From a virus (Duplodnaviria > Caudoviricetes), in IMG/VR virus record IMGVR_UViG_3300026549_000075, positions 6,350 to 70,349 of that record: a stretch of DNA of 64,000 nt. One strand, 5' to 3'. Below are positions 43,724 to 55,370 of this stretch, one piece after another (positions within the stretch are counted from its first letter, which is position 1; every line of letters starts with the position of its first letter). The notes beneath the pieces were generated by a model. The model made no database searches. It was not told the DNA's origin and saw nothing but the letters and a program-made list of their open reading frames with translations. The translations under genes and the position numbers were made by a program.

Positions 43724-44677
43724 ATGGCTCAATTAAAAGACAGTCTCGTAACTGGAGATTTACGAGTTACAGGTAAAATATATGGAACTGCTACTAATTC
43801 AGATAAGGTTAACAATCTTACTGTTTTAACTGCGGTTCCAGCAAATGCAAAATTTACTGATACTACTTACTCTTCTAAAACCGCTGCTTCAGGAGGTACT
43901 GAAGTATCACTTGTTACTACAGGTGAAAAATACACTTGAAATAATAAGTCTAATTTAGCAATTGGTACAACGGCTTCAACTGCTGCTGCTGGTAATCATA
44001 CTCATTCATTATCAATAGCAACAAGTACTGGCACTAGTGCTATAACATTAGAAGCAAGTAAAAAATATCAACTTACAGCTGGTGGATCAACTTATATATT
44101 TACGACTCCACCTAATACTACATATTCAAGTAAAACAGCAGCCAGTGGCGGTACAGATGTTTCTCTTGTAACAACTGGAGAGAAGTACACTTGAAATAGT
44201 AAAACATCAAACACTGGTACAGTAACATCTATAACAGTTAAAACAACATCTCCAATTTCAGGCGGAAGTGATACAGCTGTAACAGGCACAGGTACATGAA
44301 CAATATCACATGCTAATTCAGGAGTTACTGCTGGTACTTATGGTAGTGCTACAGCAGTTCCTAAAATTACAGTAGATGCTACAGGTCATGTAACTAGTGT
44401 TACAGATACAACTATTACAGCTTCAGCTGCTACAAAGTATACAACATGTACATTACCTGTGTTTACTAAAGCTGGATCAAAAGCTGTTACAGTATCAGGT
44501 GTTACAGCAAACAGTCACCCTGTATTGGATGTTTATATATCATCTGCAGAAAATGTAGTTGATTGTACAGAATCATGATCACATATTTATAGAGCTGATA
44601 CTGCAGCGAATAAAATTACATTTTATAGTGATGCAGCTACTTCAACACAATTAACTGTTATGGTAAAGGATTATTAA
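43724..44677 (+). CDS. Tail fibre-like protein, 317 aa (4 TGA=W)
   Basis: MAQLKDSLVTGDLRVTGKIYG; duplicated TTYSSKTAASGGT.VSLVTTGEKYT-W-N unit. Confidence 0.75.
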
Positions 44678-44694
44678 TTTAATCCTTTTTTTAT
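44666..44694 (+). terminator. Probable terminator
   Basis: AAGGATTA..TAATCCTT followed by TTTTT. Confidence 0.5.
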
Positions 44695-44704
44695 ATATTA
44701 TTAT

Positions 44705-45337
44705 ATGAAGATATGTATAGGTATCATTAGCTATTTTCCAGATGATGATAAAAGAGAAATCAGAATCGAGAGAGCAAAGAAAGTCATAGAAGACTGCAAT
44801 AAACTTTTTGATTTGCCAATTATAATAGTAGCTCAAAACTGAAAAGGTTTAATGTTATATGATGATAATTTGCATATTCATAGATATGATAAACTTGGTA
44901 TAACAGGCGCCAGAAAAGAATTACGTAAACTATTTTTAGATTCTGATTATGATTATATGATTATGCTTGATGATGATGCGAAATTAGTTGGTACTAAAGA
45001 TGACGCAAGAGAATACCTGAGGACGATAGAGAATCATCCTGGAGCTAGATATGGAATATATAAGACTTATCTTTTAAAGCTTTTCGCGATCTCTAAAGAG
45101 ATGTTTAAGGAAATAGATTATCCTGATGGTGAAGCTTCTAATGGTGACTTTTTTGAAGATATGTATTTAATAATGGCCCTTGAAAAGAAGTGACCATCTA
45201 GAAAATTTTTATTTGCAAGAAAGACACTTAATGATACTTCAGATTCAGCACATGATCCTGATTCTACATGATATCATGAGCAGTTTAATAAGCATAAGAT
45301 TGGTGACAGAACAAGAGCAATGATAAAGGAGCTGTAG
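44705..45337 (+). CDS. GT-A-like glycosyltransferase (paralog A), 210 aa (3 TGA=W)
   Basis: LGITGARKELR..SDYDYMIMLDDD..FED. Confidence 0.7.
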
Positions 45338-45922
45338 ATGATAAAGGTAAGTATATTAATACCCGCATATAACCAGCAGGAATTAATTGTTAGATGTCTT
45401 GACTCTATACCTGATAGGGATGATGTTGAAGTTATTGTAACAGATGATGGAAGTACTGATGATACATTAAGGGTAATAAGTAGTTATGATAGATTAAAAA
45501 ATCTTAAAATATTTTCAACAGTTAATCATGGTGTTCCAGGCCCAGCTACAAATATATGCATAGATAATTCATCAGGTGAATACATAATGTATGTCGATGA
45601 TGATGATTATATTTATACTGATGTATTTATAGATATATTAGACAATATAAGTAAGTATAATTATTATGATATTATAAAGACTCTTCAAGAGAAAAATAAT
45701 GGTGAAAAGTGAATATCTAAATGAACTTATAGAGGGTGTTTAATAAAGAGATCTTTTCTTGGTGATTTACGGCATAATAATAGCGAAAGTCATGATACAG
45801 CTATCATGAGAGAGTTAGAAAAGAAAAACCCGAAAATAATTGTTTTTGATAAAAGTGCATTATATCATTACAATTATCCTAGGGAAGGAAGCATTATGTG
45901 AAATAGAGGATTTAGAGGTTAA
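45338..45922 (+). CDS. GT2 glycosyltransferase (paralog B), 194 aa (3 TGA=W)
   Basis: VSILIPAYN..VIVTDDGSTD..YIMYVDDDD..YHYNYPREGS. Confidence 0.85.
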
Positions 45923-45929
45923 TTTAGTT

Positions 45930-46844
45930 ATGTATGACAATGTAGACTTGGTTGTAACTTGAATGCAACCCACAAAAAGAGAAATTGAAACACGTAATAA
46001 GCAGAGAGCTATTGAAACTGGTGCAGAGCCGGCAGCATTTGAAGAAATAAGATACAGAGATTGAGATGTATTTAATTATTGATTTAGAAGCATGGAGAAA
46101 TTTGTGCCATGATTTAATAAAATATTTTTAGTGATAGGTCATGAAGATCAAATTCCATTATGATTAAATACTAATCATTCAAAATTAAGGATAATTTATC
46201 AAGATGACATTATACCAAAAGAATTAGTACCTACTTATAATGGTGCTCTTATAGAAATGTTTTTGAGTAATATAGAAGAATTATCTGAACATTTTATTTA
46301 TTTTTGTGATGATTATCTTTTTATTAAACATTTAGATAAAGAGTTTTTTGTAAAAAATAATCTTCCAAATGTAGGTGGCAATATTGTTGAAAATAAACCA
46401 TTGCCTCCAATTGACATGTATTATAACATGTTAAATAATAATTTAAAGTTTGAAAATAAAATTTTTCCTAAGTTAGATCATTGATATACACAGCCGCATT
46501 TTCCTACTGTGCATAGCAAATCATTTGAACAAGAAATCATAAATAAATATTATGATGATATAGTAAATCATTTTAAAATGAGTCGTTTTAAGAATAAAGG
46601 AAATTTACTTAATTCACTTTTTAATGATTTAATAAAATTAATGAATAGATGCAATTACGTTCCTGATATGTATAATGTTGCTGAATTTAGACACTTAAGG
46701 GATAATTGTAATTTTAATTTTAAGGATAAAACAAGTATCATTTGTATTAATGATCAAGTATGTAATGACTTTAAAGGGTTACAAAAAAGATTAAAACAAT
46801 ATTTAAATAGTGTTATGCCGGAGAAATGTTCATTTGAGTTATAA
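45930..46844 (+). CDS. Stealth-family sugar-1-phosphate transferase, 304 aa (6 TGA=W)
   Basis: DLVVT-W (CR1); RYRD-W..FRSMEKFVP-W-FNKIFLV..QIPL-W-LN..LVPTYNGALIE..IEELSEHFIYFCDD (CR2). Confidence 0.8.
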
Positions 46845-47457
46845 ATTAAGTATAATTATACCAGTATACAATCAGGAAGAATTAGTTATAAGATGTTTGA
46901 ATTCAATTCCTAAAAGAAAAGATATAGAACTAATTATTACTGATGATTGTAGTACAGATAAATCAAAGGAAAATATAATTGATTGAATTAATACAAATCA
47001 ATATTTTGGTGTTATACATTTTAAGTTGAATGATACTAATATGGGTGTTGGATATACTAAAAGTAAAATGTATGACATGGCTACAGGTGAATACATAACA
47101 ACAATAGATAGTGATGATTATGTTCTTACTGATAATTATTCTAAAATAATTGATGAATTATATAAGAATCATAAAGATAATGAAATACTTATTTTAGATC
47201 ATGAAGATAATAAAGGTAACATAACTAGATCAAATTCATGTAATGCAACATGAAGATATTTTATAAAGTTAAAGTATTTAAGAGATAATAATTTAAAAAT
47301 TAATCCTGTTTATAGGAGAGCTGAGGATTGATTTTTAATGAGGGAAGTTGAGAAGTTTAAGCCAAAATTTACAAGACTTGGTATATTAGCGTATCATTAT
47401 AATTATCCACGAGAGGGAAGTTTAAGTTGAAATTGAGATCATTATAAGAAGGTGTAG
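46834..47457 (+). CDS. GT2 glycosyltransferase (paralog B'), 207 aa, TTG start (5 TGA=W)
   Basis: LSIIIPVYNQEELVIRCLNSIP..IITDDCSTD..TTIDSDDY..YHYNYPREGS. Confidence 0.85.
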
Positions 47458-47458
47458 T

Positions 47459-48127
47459 ATGAAAATTTGTATAGGAATTATAAGTTACTTTCCTGATGAT
47501 GAAAAAAGGAGAGTAAGAATTGATAGATTTAGATCTTTACTTAGTCAACTTAATAGTCATTTTAAACTTCCTATAATTATTGTTGCACAAAATTGAAAAG
47601 ATTTTAGAGTTGAAGAAGGTAATGTTGCAATATTTAGTTATAATAAGCTTGGAATAACTAGAGCAAGATCAACTCTTAGAAAACATTTTATCAATTCAAC
47701 TTACGATTACATGATAATGCTAGACGATGATATGGAGTTATCTGATAATCAAGTAGATTATGACTTATACTTAAGAGCAATAGAATCAAATAAAAAAGAA
47801 TATTATTATGTTCGTAATTATTTAAATAATTTCAGCTGTATTTCAAAATATGGAATTCAAAAAGTAGATTATGATTTATCTATTGATCCAGAACAAGGCA
47901 CTGGATTTGAAGATTGAATATTTCACACAAAATGTAAAAAAGTATTAGACAGTATGGAATTAGATACTGCACTTCCAGCTCATGATAGAACTTATTTTTT
48001 AAATGATCAGTTCTCAACATGAAATACTGGTAATGAGAAACTATCTAAATCAAATAATGCAGTGTCACTTGGAATAATAAGAAAGTTAAGAGGAAATGAC
48101 TTTGATTCAGGTAGAAATTGATTTTAA
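47459..48127 (+). CDS. GT-A-like glycosyltransferase (paralog A'), 222 aa (4 TGA=W)
   Basis: MKICIGIISYFPDD..IVAQN-W-K..KLGITRAR..YDYMIMLDDD..FED. Confidence 0.7.
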
Positions 48128-48138
48128 TGCTAAATTTA
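48128..48138 (+). promoter_or_regulatory. TGCTAAATTTA putative late promoter
   Basis: 30 nt upstream of the ATG at 48158. Confidence 0.65.
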
Positions 48139-48157
48139 TTATATGAGGTAAACAACT

Positions 48158-48532
48158 ATGAGTTTGTATTTAATAAAAAAGAATAAGGTTATAACTATGA
48201 CTAGAGGTGATTACCTCAGTTTAGAAATTGAGTTAAAGTCTGGACAATTTCCTAATGAAACTAAATATAATTTAGGTGAAGGAGATTATTTATTCTTTGG
48301 TTTAATGGAACCTAATCAGCCATTTGAGAAAGCAATTCTTAAGAAAGAACTTGCTTATGATGATTATGATATAGAAAATGGCACACTAAGAATAAAGATT
48401 AAGCCAGATGATACATTAATGTTAATGCCTGGCACATATTATTATCAAATTAAAGTATTATATAAAGATGAAGCTGGAGATACTCATATCGATACAGCGG
48501 TTCAGAAAACAAAATTTATTATTGTAGACTAG
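48158..48532 (+). CDS. BppU-like/Ig-fold virion accessory protein
   Basis: ITMTRGD..LFFGL..IKIKPDDT..GTYYYQIK. Confidence 0.6.
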   Translation: MSLYLIKKNKVITMTRGDYLSLEIELKSGQFPNETKYNLGEGDYLFFGLMEPNQPFEKAILKKELAYDDYDIENGTLRIKIKPDDTLMLMPGTYYYQIKVLYKDEAGDTHIDTAVQKTKFIIVD

Positions 48533-48543
48533 AGGAGTTAAAA

Positions 48544-49644
48544 ATGACTGAAGTTAAAAATACAAAAGTTACAGCTAATGTTACTTCAACCAGTGACAGC
48601 GAGCAAGTTGAATATGTTACTTTTTGGGGACAACTAAAAGGTGACTTAGAAAAACAAACTGATTTATCGAAAGTACTTAGTTCTATTAAAAGGTCTGTTA
48701 GCGATTTAAGTACAAAGTATCTTCGTAAGCAAGATAAGTTAACTCCTGGTGATAATATAGTAATTGAAAAGAATAGTGAAGATGATTTAATTATAAGTGG
48801 TCCTACTCATACTTCTCAATTAGTCAATGATGGAAATGGTGATGCTAGTAGTGAAGGATTATTTATTCCTTTTACAACTTTACCAGAAGTAGAAGAAGTG
48901 TTAGAGCCTATTAAAACTGATATTAGTGCATTAGAAGAATCAGACGCTATTATAAATGAAACTCTTGAAACAAAACAAAATAATTTAATTGCTGGTGATG
49001 GTATTGAGTTAGTTGATGACACAATTTCTGTTAAGTTAGGTTCTGTACCCGGTGATGGAAATTTAACTATCAAAAAGAATGGCGTGGCTATTGGTACATT
49101 TAATGCAAATCAAGTTACTGATACTGAAGTAAATATTGAAGTTAAAGAGCTTCCTAATATTGAGTCTCAGTATGACGGCAAAGTCTTAGGTGTTAAAAAT
49201 CAGACTTGAACTATGATGAACATAGATAATCCAGTTCCAGAATTTAATACTCAAGACAACGGTAAGGTATTAGCTGTTAAAGATGATCAGCTTGTATGAG
49301 ATACATTAAGTGATAATGTATTATATGTTAATGCAACTCTTACAAATGAAGCGCCAGAAATTGACAAAGACTTTTTTGAAATTTCAAATGCTATTGATAA
49401 TGGTAAGATAGTCATTATAAAATTAACTCAGACAAATGAGTACATGTATTTAAGTAAGAGTAGATCATTTACTGAAAATGATGACATGAAGTTAGAATTT
49501 ACATTTAGTAACTTAGAATTTAACAATAATTCTGACAACTCATTAATTGCTGATTATATTACATTAATTATAGGCTGGAGTTACACACCTGGTACAATGT
49601 ATAGTTCATTTACTAGAACACCATTATCTATTCCAAAAAGGTAA
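48544..49644 (+). CDS. Tail fibre-related protein, 366 aa (2 TGA=W)
   Basis: WGQLKGDLEKQTDL, KQ..L.AG..I, GDGNLTIKKNG..GTFNANQ, and DGKVLGVK..W / NGKVLAVK..W repeats. Confidence 0.7.
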
Positions 49645-49667
49645 TATTTAAAAATTAAAAGTAGATT

Positions 49668-52600
49668 ATGTCTAATTTAGAAAATTTAACACAACAAGAA
49701 AAGGAAGCAGTCCTTAAAATATTAAATGAGATGTCCAGTGATGGTACTTCAAGTACAATGGATAGTATTTTAAATGAGGACTGAAAAGAAATTCCTGTAG
49801 ATATAGAAATATTTATCCACGATCCATATTATTTAGGTCGTGGATTGATGAATGCTGAAGGTAAATTTACATTATTCCCTTACTGGGAAGAGTTACTTAA
49901 AAAGATTTATCCTGATCCTTTACAACCAGCAGTGTGTAATACATTAGCATTAACAGGTGCAATTGGTATAGGTAAATCTACAGAAGCAGTTATCATAGGT
50001 CTTTATGAACTATATAGAATGTTATGTTTAAAAAATCCTGCAGTTTATTATGGAATAATGTCAACTGATGTTATTTCATTTGCTGTTATTAATATAACAA
50101 TAGATGCTGCTCAAGGTGTAGCATGAAGTAAATTGCAAAATATGATTCAGGAATCAGAGTGGTTTATGCACCACGGTACGATTACAAAGTCAAATAATCC
50201 TGAATGATATCCAAATCCTGATAGCAATATAGAATTAATATGTGGTTCACAACCTAGACACTTTATAGGTAGAGCTCTCTTCTGAGCATTCTTTGATGAA
50301 ATTTCATTTATTCCTAATCAAGATGTAGAAAGACAGAAGCAAAAAGCAACTGAATTAGTTTCATCAGCTACTGCTCGTATGCAATCTCGTTTTATGAGAG
50401 GTACTTCAAACCCTACAATTCTTGTTTTAGCGTCATCAAAGAGAACTGAGCAATCATTCTTGGAAACATGAATAGAAAATAAGAAGAGGAATGAAAGTAA
50501 GACAACTATTATTATAGATGAACCTCAATGGGTTATTAGAACAGATAAAGCTTCTGATAGAACATTTAAAATAGCAATTGGTAATAAATTTTTGCCTTCA
50601 GAAGTGTTACCTCCAGATGTAACTGAAGATGAATGTCAACACTATATTGAAAGAGGGTTTAGGCTACTTGATGTACCTATAGGGTATTATGAAAATTTCC
50701 TTGATGATATAGATATAGCTTTAACAGATATTGCAGGTATATCAACATCAAGTACTAGTAATTATATTTCAGGTGAAAAGATAACTCAGTGCAAAACAGA
50801 TTCATTTATTAATCCTTTTACTAAGGAGATAGTTGAATTAGGTACAAATGATCAAGAAGAATTATATGATTTCTTTGATATAGATAAGATACCTGAATCA
50901 GTTAGAAATAAACCACTATTTATCCACCTTGATATGTCATTAACTGGAGATAAAACTGGAATAGGTGGTATATTTATAGATGGAATGAAACTACAAGGTA
51001 GTGAAAGTAGTGAAGAAACAGCAAAAGTTCAACCAGAGATGTATTTTCAACTTGGATTTGTTGTTTCTATAAAAGCTCCTAGAGGTCAGCAAGTAAGTTT
51101 TGAGAAAACAAGAAATTTTATTTATTGACTTAAGGAACAAGGATTAAAAATTAAAGGTATAACATCAGATACATTTGCACGATCAGGTGTTGAACAAGAC
51201 CTTTTAGCAAAAGGATATAATTATAGTATATTATCAGTAGATAGAACAAATAATGGTGTATGTGAACCATATGCATTTTTAAAGAATTGCATATATGAAA
51301 AAAGATTAAAATTGCCACGTAAAGGTGTCAACTTATTAACAGAAGAACTTGTAGGATTAAAGAGAAATAACAACAATGGTAAAGTTGATCATGATCCTTC
51401 AGGAATAAACTGTTTTACAGGTGATACAAAGATTAAAATGCTTGATGGATCTGATAAGACAATTCTTGAGTTATTGGATGATTATAATAATGGTATTACT
51501 AATTATGTATACTCATTTAATCATATAACTGAGAAAATAGAGCCGAAGAAAATACAAAATGTGTTTAAATCAGGAACAAATGCTTCTTTAGTTGAAGTGA
51601 CTCTTGATAATGGAGAAGTTATTCGTTGTACACCAGAGCATAGATTCATGATGAGACTAGGAGATTATAAAGAAGCATTAGAATTAAGTCCAGGTGATTC
51701 ATTAATGCCATTATATACAAAGTATCCTGAAAAAGGTTTATCTAATTATAGGATGTATTATGAACCTATGGAAGATAAGTGGCATTATGAACATAGGCAA
51801 TTTGCAGATGAGATTTATGATGAGAGATACTTAGTTCATCACAAAGACTGCAATCCTAGAAATAACAGACCTGATAATTTAATTTGAATGTCGAAAAGTG
51901 CTCATATTCTTGAACATGCAAGGCTTCAAACAGGAGCTCAAAGTGAGACTGCTAAAAAGAAGAGAGCAGAAAGTGTTAAGTTATCTCACAAAAATGTTGA
52001 GAACACGAAGAATGGCTTTTTAAGATATTATAAAGGGTCACTTGAAGAGAGGAAGATAAAAAAAGAAAAACATGATCAGTATCTTCAAGAGAAAAAAGAT
52101 TTTCACAATGAATTATCTAGATTATTTAATATTGATTTTGATGCAGCTAATTCTGAAGTAAAGAGAAGATGTCTTGCGATATATGCTAACTACAAAGCAG
52201 GTCACAATGTATCATTTGATTTGAATAGATTATCATCAGCAGAACTGAAGGCTGTTAAAAAACAAGTACAGATTGATGCTTGTAATTACTTCAAAGTAGA
52301 TATAAATGAACTTAGTAGATATGAAATTCATGGATTAATTCTAAAATATTATTACGAAACTATTCCTGGTTATAAAGAACACATTGCTTCAGAAATTTCT
52401 AAAAATCATGTTGCTGGTAAATATCAAAAAGCAGAATCAGCAATATCTAATAGAATTTGATGGACAAATGGTCTTCCAGGTAAAGAAAATAATCTTTATA
52501 TTAAATGTGATGAAGATCCACCTGAAGGTTTCTGAAGAGGTAGAACTCTTAAAAATCATAAGGTTGTATCAGTAAAGGTACTAGAATACACTGAAGACGT

Positions 52601-52925
52601 ATATGATATAACAGTTGAAGATAATCCTAATTTTGCTTTATCTGCAGGTGTATTTGTGCATAATAGTAAAGACTCTGCCGATGGAGTTTGTGGAGCACTG
52701 TATAATGCTTCACTTCATGCTGAAGAGTTTTCATATGATTATGGTGAATCTCTTGAAACATTAGTAGATTTTAATGATCAAAAAGATGTAGCTGATGATC
52801 ATATTAAAAATTTTGAAGAGGCTTTAAAGCAAAAACCTCGATACTTAAAAGATGAAAACGTATTTGATTTATTTGAAGATGATAGCGTTTCATTTGATAT
52901 TTATAATGGAATATTAAATTGATAA
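49668..52925 (+). CDS. Terminase large subunit containing an intein, 1085 aa precursor (9 internal TGA=W; ends TGA-TAA)
   Basis: Walker A TGAIGIGKST, Walker B W-AFFDE, nuclease HLDMSLTGDKTGI and KVDH..|SKDSADG. Five track ORFs lie in one frame and the gaps were checked. Confidence 0.9.
51411..52664 (+). mobile_element. Intein (418 aa) with an HNH homing endonuclease
   Basis: N-terminal CFTGDTKI, block B CTPEHRF, HHKDCNPRNNRPDNLI-W..H, C-terminal VYDITVEDNPNFALSAGVFVHN followed by Ser+1. Confidence 0.92.
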
Positions 52926-52934
52926 GGAGAAAGT

Positions 52935-54824
52935 ATGGCTGATCAAGAAGTATTTAAAAATATTGATTATGTAAATAAAGCGATACCCTCACCATTACCT
53001 GATAAAATAAATGATATAGATACTGACAATCATATTTATGATAATATAATAGATTCTCAGGAAAGAGGTACATTAGACGTATCTTCACTTAACTCATTTA
53101 CTGGTATATCTAGATCAAGAGATGAAGTTTATTCTTTACTTGACTTAATGGCTGAAGATCCAATTATATCTACAGCTCTTGAGATTTATACTGCAGATTC
53201 TACTGAGCCTAATGAACAAGGTAAAGTTATGTGGTGTGAATCAAATGATGAAAAAATTACAGGCGCTGTAACACAAATTCTTGATGCTATGAACATTGAT
53301 AAAAATGCTTATAGCCACATGTATGCATTATATAAATATGGAGATATTTATTTAAAGTTATATAGAAAGTCAGAATTTGATTTTGAAAAATTAAAAGAAA
53401 AAAGAGATAAGTCTCAGCTTAATGAATCAGCAGACGTTAATGAAGATTTAATATTAAAAATTTATTCAAAGAATGATAGATATGCTGAATATGCTGAGTT
53501 AGTTAAGAATCCTGCAGATGTATTTGATTTAGTTAAGTTTGGTAAAACTTGTGCTTATATTAGAACACATGTAGGAGTACTTAATAACTATAATAAAGAT
53601 AATAAAGTTCCTCTTACAAGCAATCAATATTTTTATAGATTTACAAATAATGATGTTGATATTTATGGTGCTACTGACTTTGTACATGCTTCATTAGAAG
53701 ATAATTCTGATAGAACTGTTGAAGAAGTTAGTTTATCTACTGATGGTGAAGATGCAAATACAGATTTACTTACATTTAATGTAAAAAGAGGACAATCATT
53801 ACTTTATAATTCATTTAAAGTATGAAGAGAATTATCACTTCTTGAAAATTCAGTGCTTTTAAATAGATTAACAAAATCATCTATTATTAGAACAGTAAAT
53901 GTTGAAGTAGGTGATATGGGTAAGAATGAAGTTCAAACATTGCTTAGAAGAATTAAGTCTATGATTGAACAAAAGTCATCTTATAATCTTGGTACTTCAA
54001 TGACTGATTATACAAGTACAGGACCTGTTGAGAATGTATTGTACTTCCCAGTTCATGAAGGTAAGGGTAGAGTAGAGACGTCACAAATAGGCGGTGATGT
54101 TAATGTAGGTGATTTAATTGACCTTGATTATTGGAAGAATAAATTATTTGGATCATTAGGTATTCCTAAGCAATATCTTGGTGATACTGATGATGCTGCT
54201 GGTTTTAATGGTGGCACTTCATTATCATTAATTTCAAGTAATTATGCGAAGAGAGTTAAGAGAGGTCAGAATGCTTACATTCAGATGATTACTGATGCAG
54301 TTAATCTTATATTATTAGAAAGAGGACTTACTAATTATATAAATAAATTTACTCTTCACATGCAGTCTCCTACAACTCAAGAAGAAAAAGATCGTAAGGA
54401 AAATATGTCACAGTCTATTAATAATATTCGTGAAATAATGGGTTTATTAGACGAGATTGAAGATAGACAAACAAAACTTGAAATTCTCAAATCATTATTA
54501 TCTAATGCTATTACAAATACAGAAGTAATTGGATTTATTCAAGATGAGATAGATAAGTTGAATACAACTGAAGAAGAGGAAGAATCCACAGGATCAGATG
54601 AACTTGATTTAGGCGATGATGACTTTGGTGGAGATTTTGGAGGAGAAGATCTTCCTAGTCCAGGAGATTTAGGAGGTGGAGAAGAACTTGAATCAGAACC
54701 ACTTGAAATTCCAGAAGCTCCTGAAGAAAGTTTCTATACTGGAACAGGTGATTTATTAAATGAACAGAATGATTTACCTAGTTTTGATCAATTAGGTGTT
54801 TCATTTAATAATGTTATTAAATAA
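52935..54824 (+). CDS. Portal protein (T4 gp20-like), 629 aa (1 TGA=W)
   Basis: Follows terminase; DPIISTALEIY..YKYGD..LLNRLTKSSIIR.V.VEVGDM..YWKNKLFGSLGIPK..Y.KRVKR.Q. Confidence 0.85.
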
Positions 54825-54856
54825 TCTTTAGTTGATTTTATCAAGAAAGGAATGAC

Positions 54857-55312
54857 ATGATAGCTAGATCAGATGTAATATTACTTCTCACAGAGTTGCA
54901 GAATAAAGGTATTGATGTTAAAGAGGAGATGAATATTGTTTTAAGATCATCTTCAATTCCTCTTGAAGCATTAAAAAAGATTAATGATAATAGATCTTTA
55001 GATATTTTAAAATTTTATGAGAAGCTAAGATGATCTTATAATAATAAAAGAAGTAAATTGTACATTAATATAATGAAGGCAGATGAAAATATATTGAAAG
55101 ATCCTAAAACAATAGTTACTACTTTATCTGCTTTATTAAATCAAATTTTACAATACAAGCCTGAAGATCAAACACTTTTTTACAAGCATGCAAGAGCAGA
55201 TGAGATTGTAAAATGTTTAAGTATATATTTTAATACGTACAATTTAGAACCTTGTAGAAAATTACTTGAAATTACAAAAGCAGATGTTAAGTGTCTACAA
55301 ATGATAAAGTAA
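54857..55312 (+). CDS. Hypothetical protein, 151 aa (1 TGA=W)
   Basis: GAAAGGA RBS; joins the track ORF at 55058. Confidence 0.7.
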
Positions 55313-55332
55313 TGAAAAAGTTTCAAATTAAT

Positions 55333-55343
55333 TGCTAAATTTA
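55333..55343 (+). promoter_or_regulatory. TGCTAAATTTA putative late promoter
   Basis: 38 nt upstream of the ATG at 55371. Confidence 0.65.
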
Positions 55344-55370
55344 TATAAAGGACCGGGAGGTTACTAGTAA

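Noticed and set aside
32124-44677. Diversity-generating retroelement targeting the tail fibres
   Set aside because: There is no reverse transcriptase in the window, and the repeats differ at synonymous positions rather than specifically at adenines.
7731-52925. Interpreting the TGA-broken genes as pseudogenes or sequencing errors
   Set aside because: The interruptions are always TGA, never TAA/TAG or frameshifts (except the single topA site), and they fall at Trp-expected positions in essential genes such as terminase and portal.
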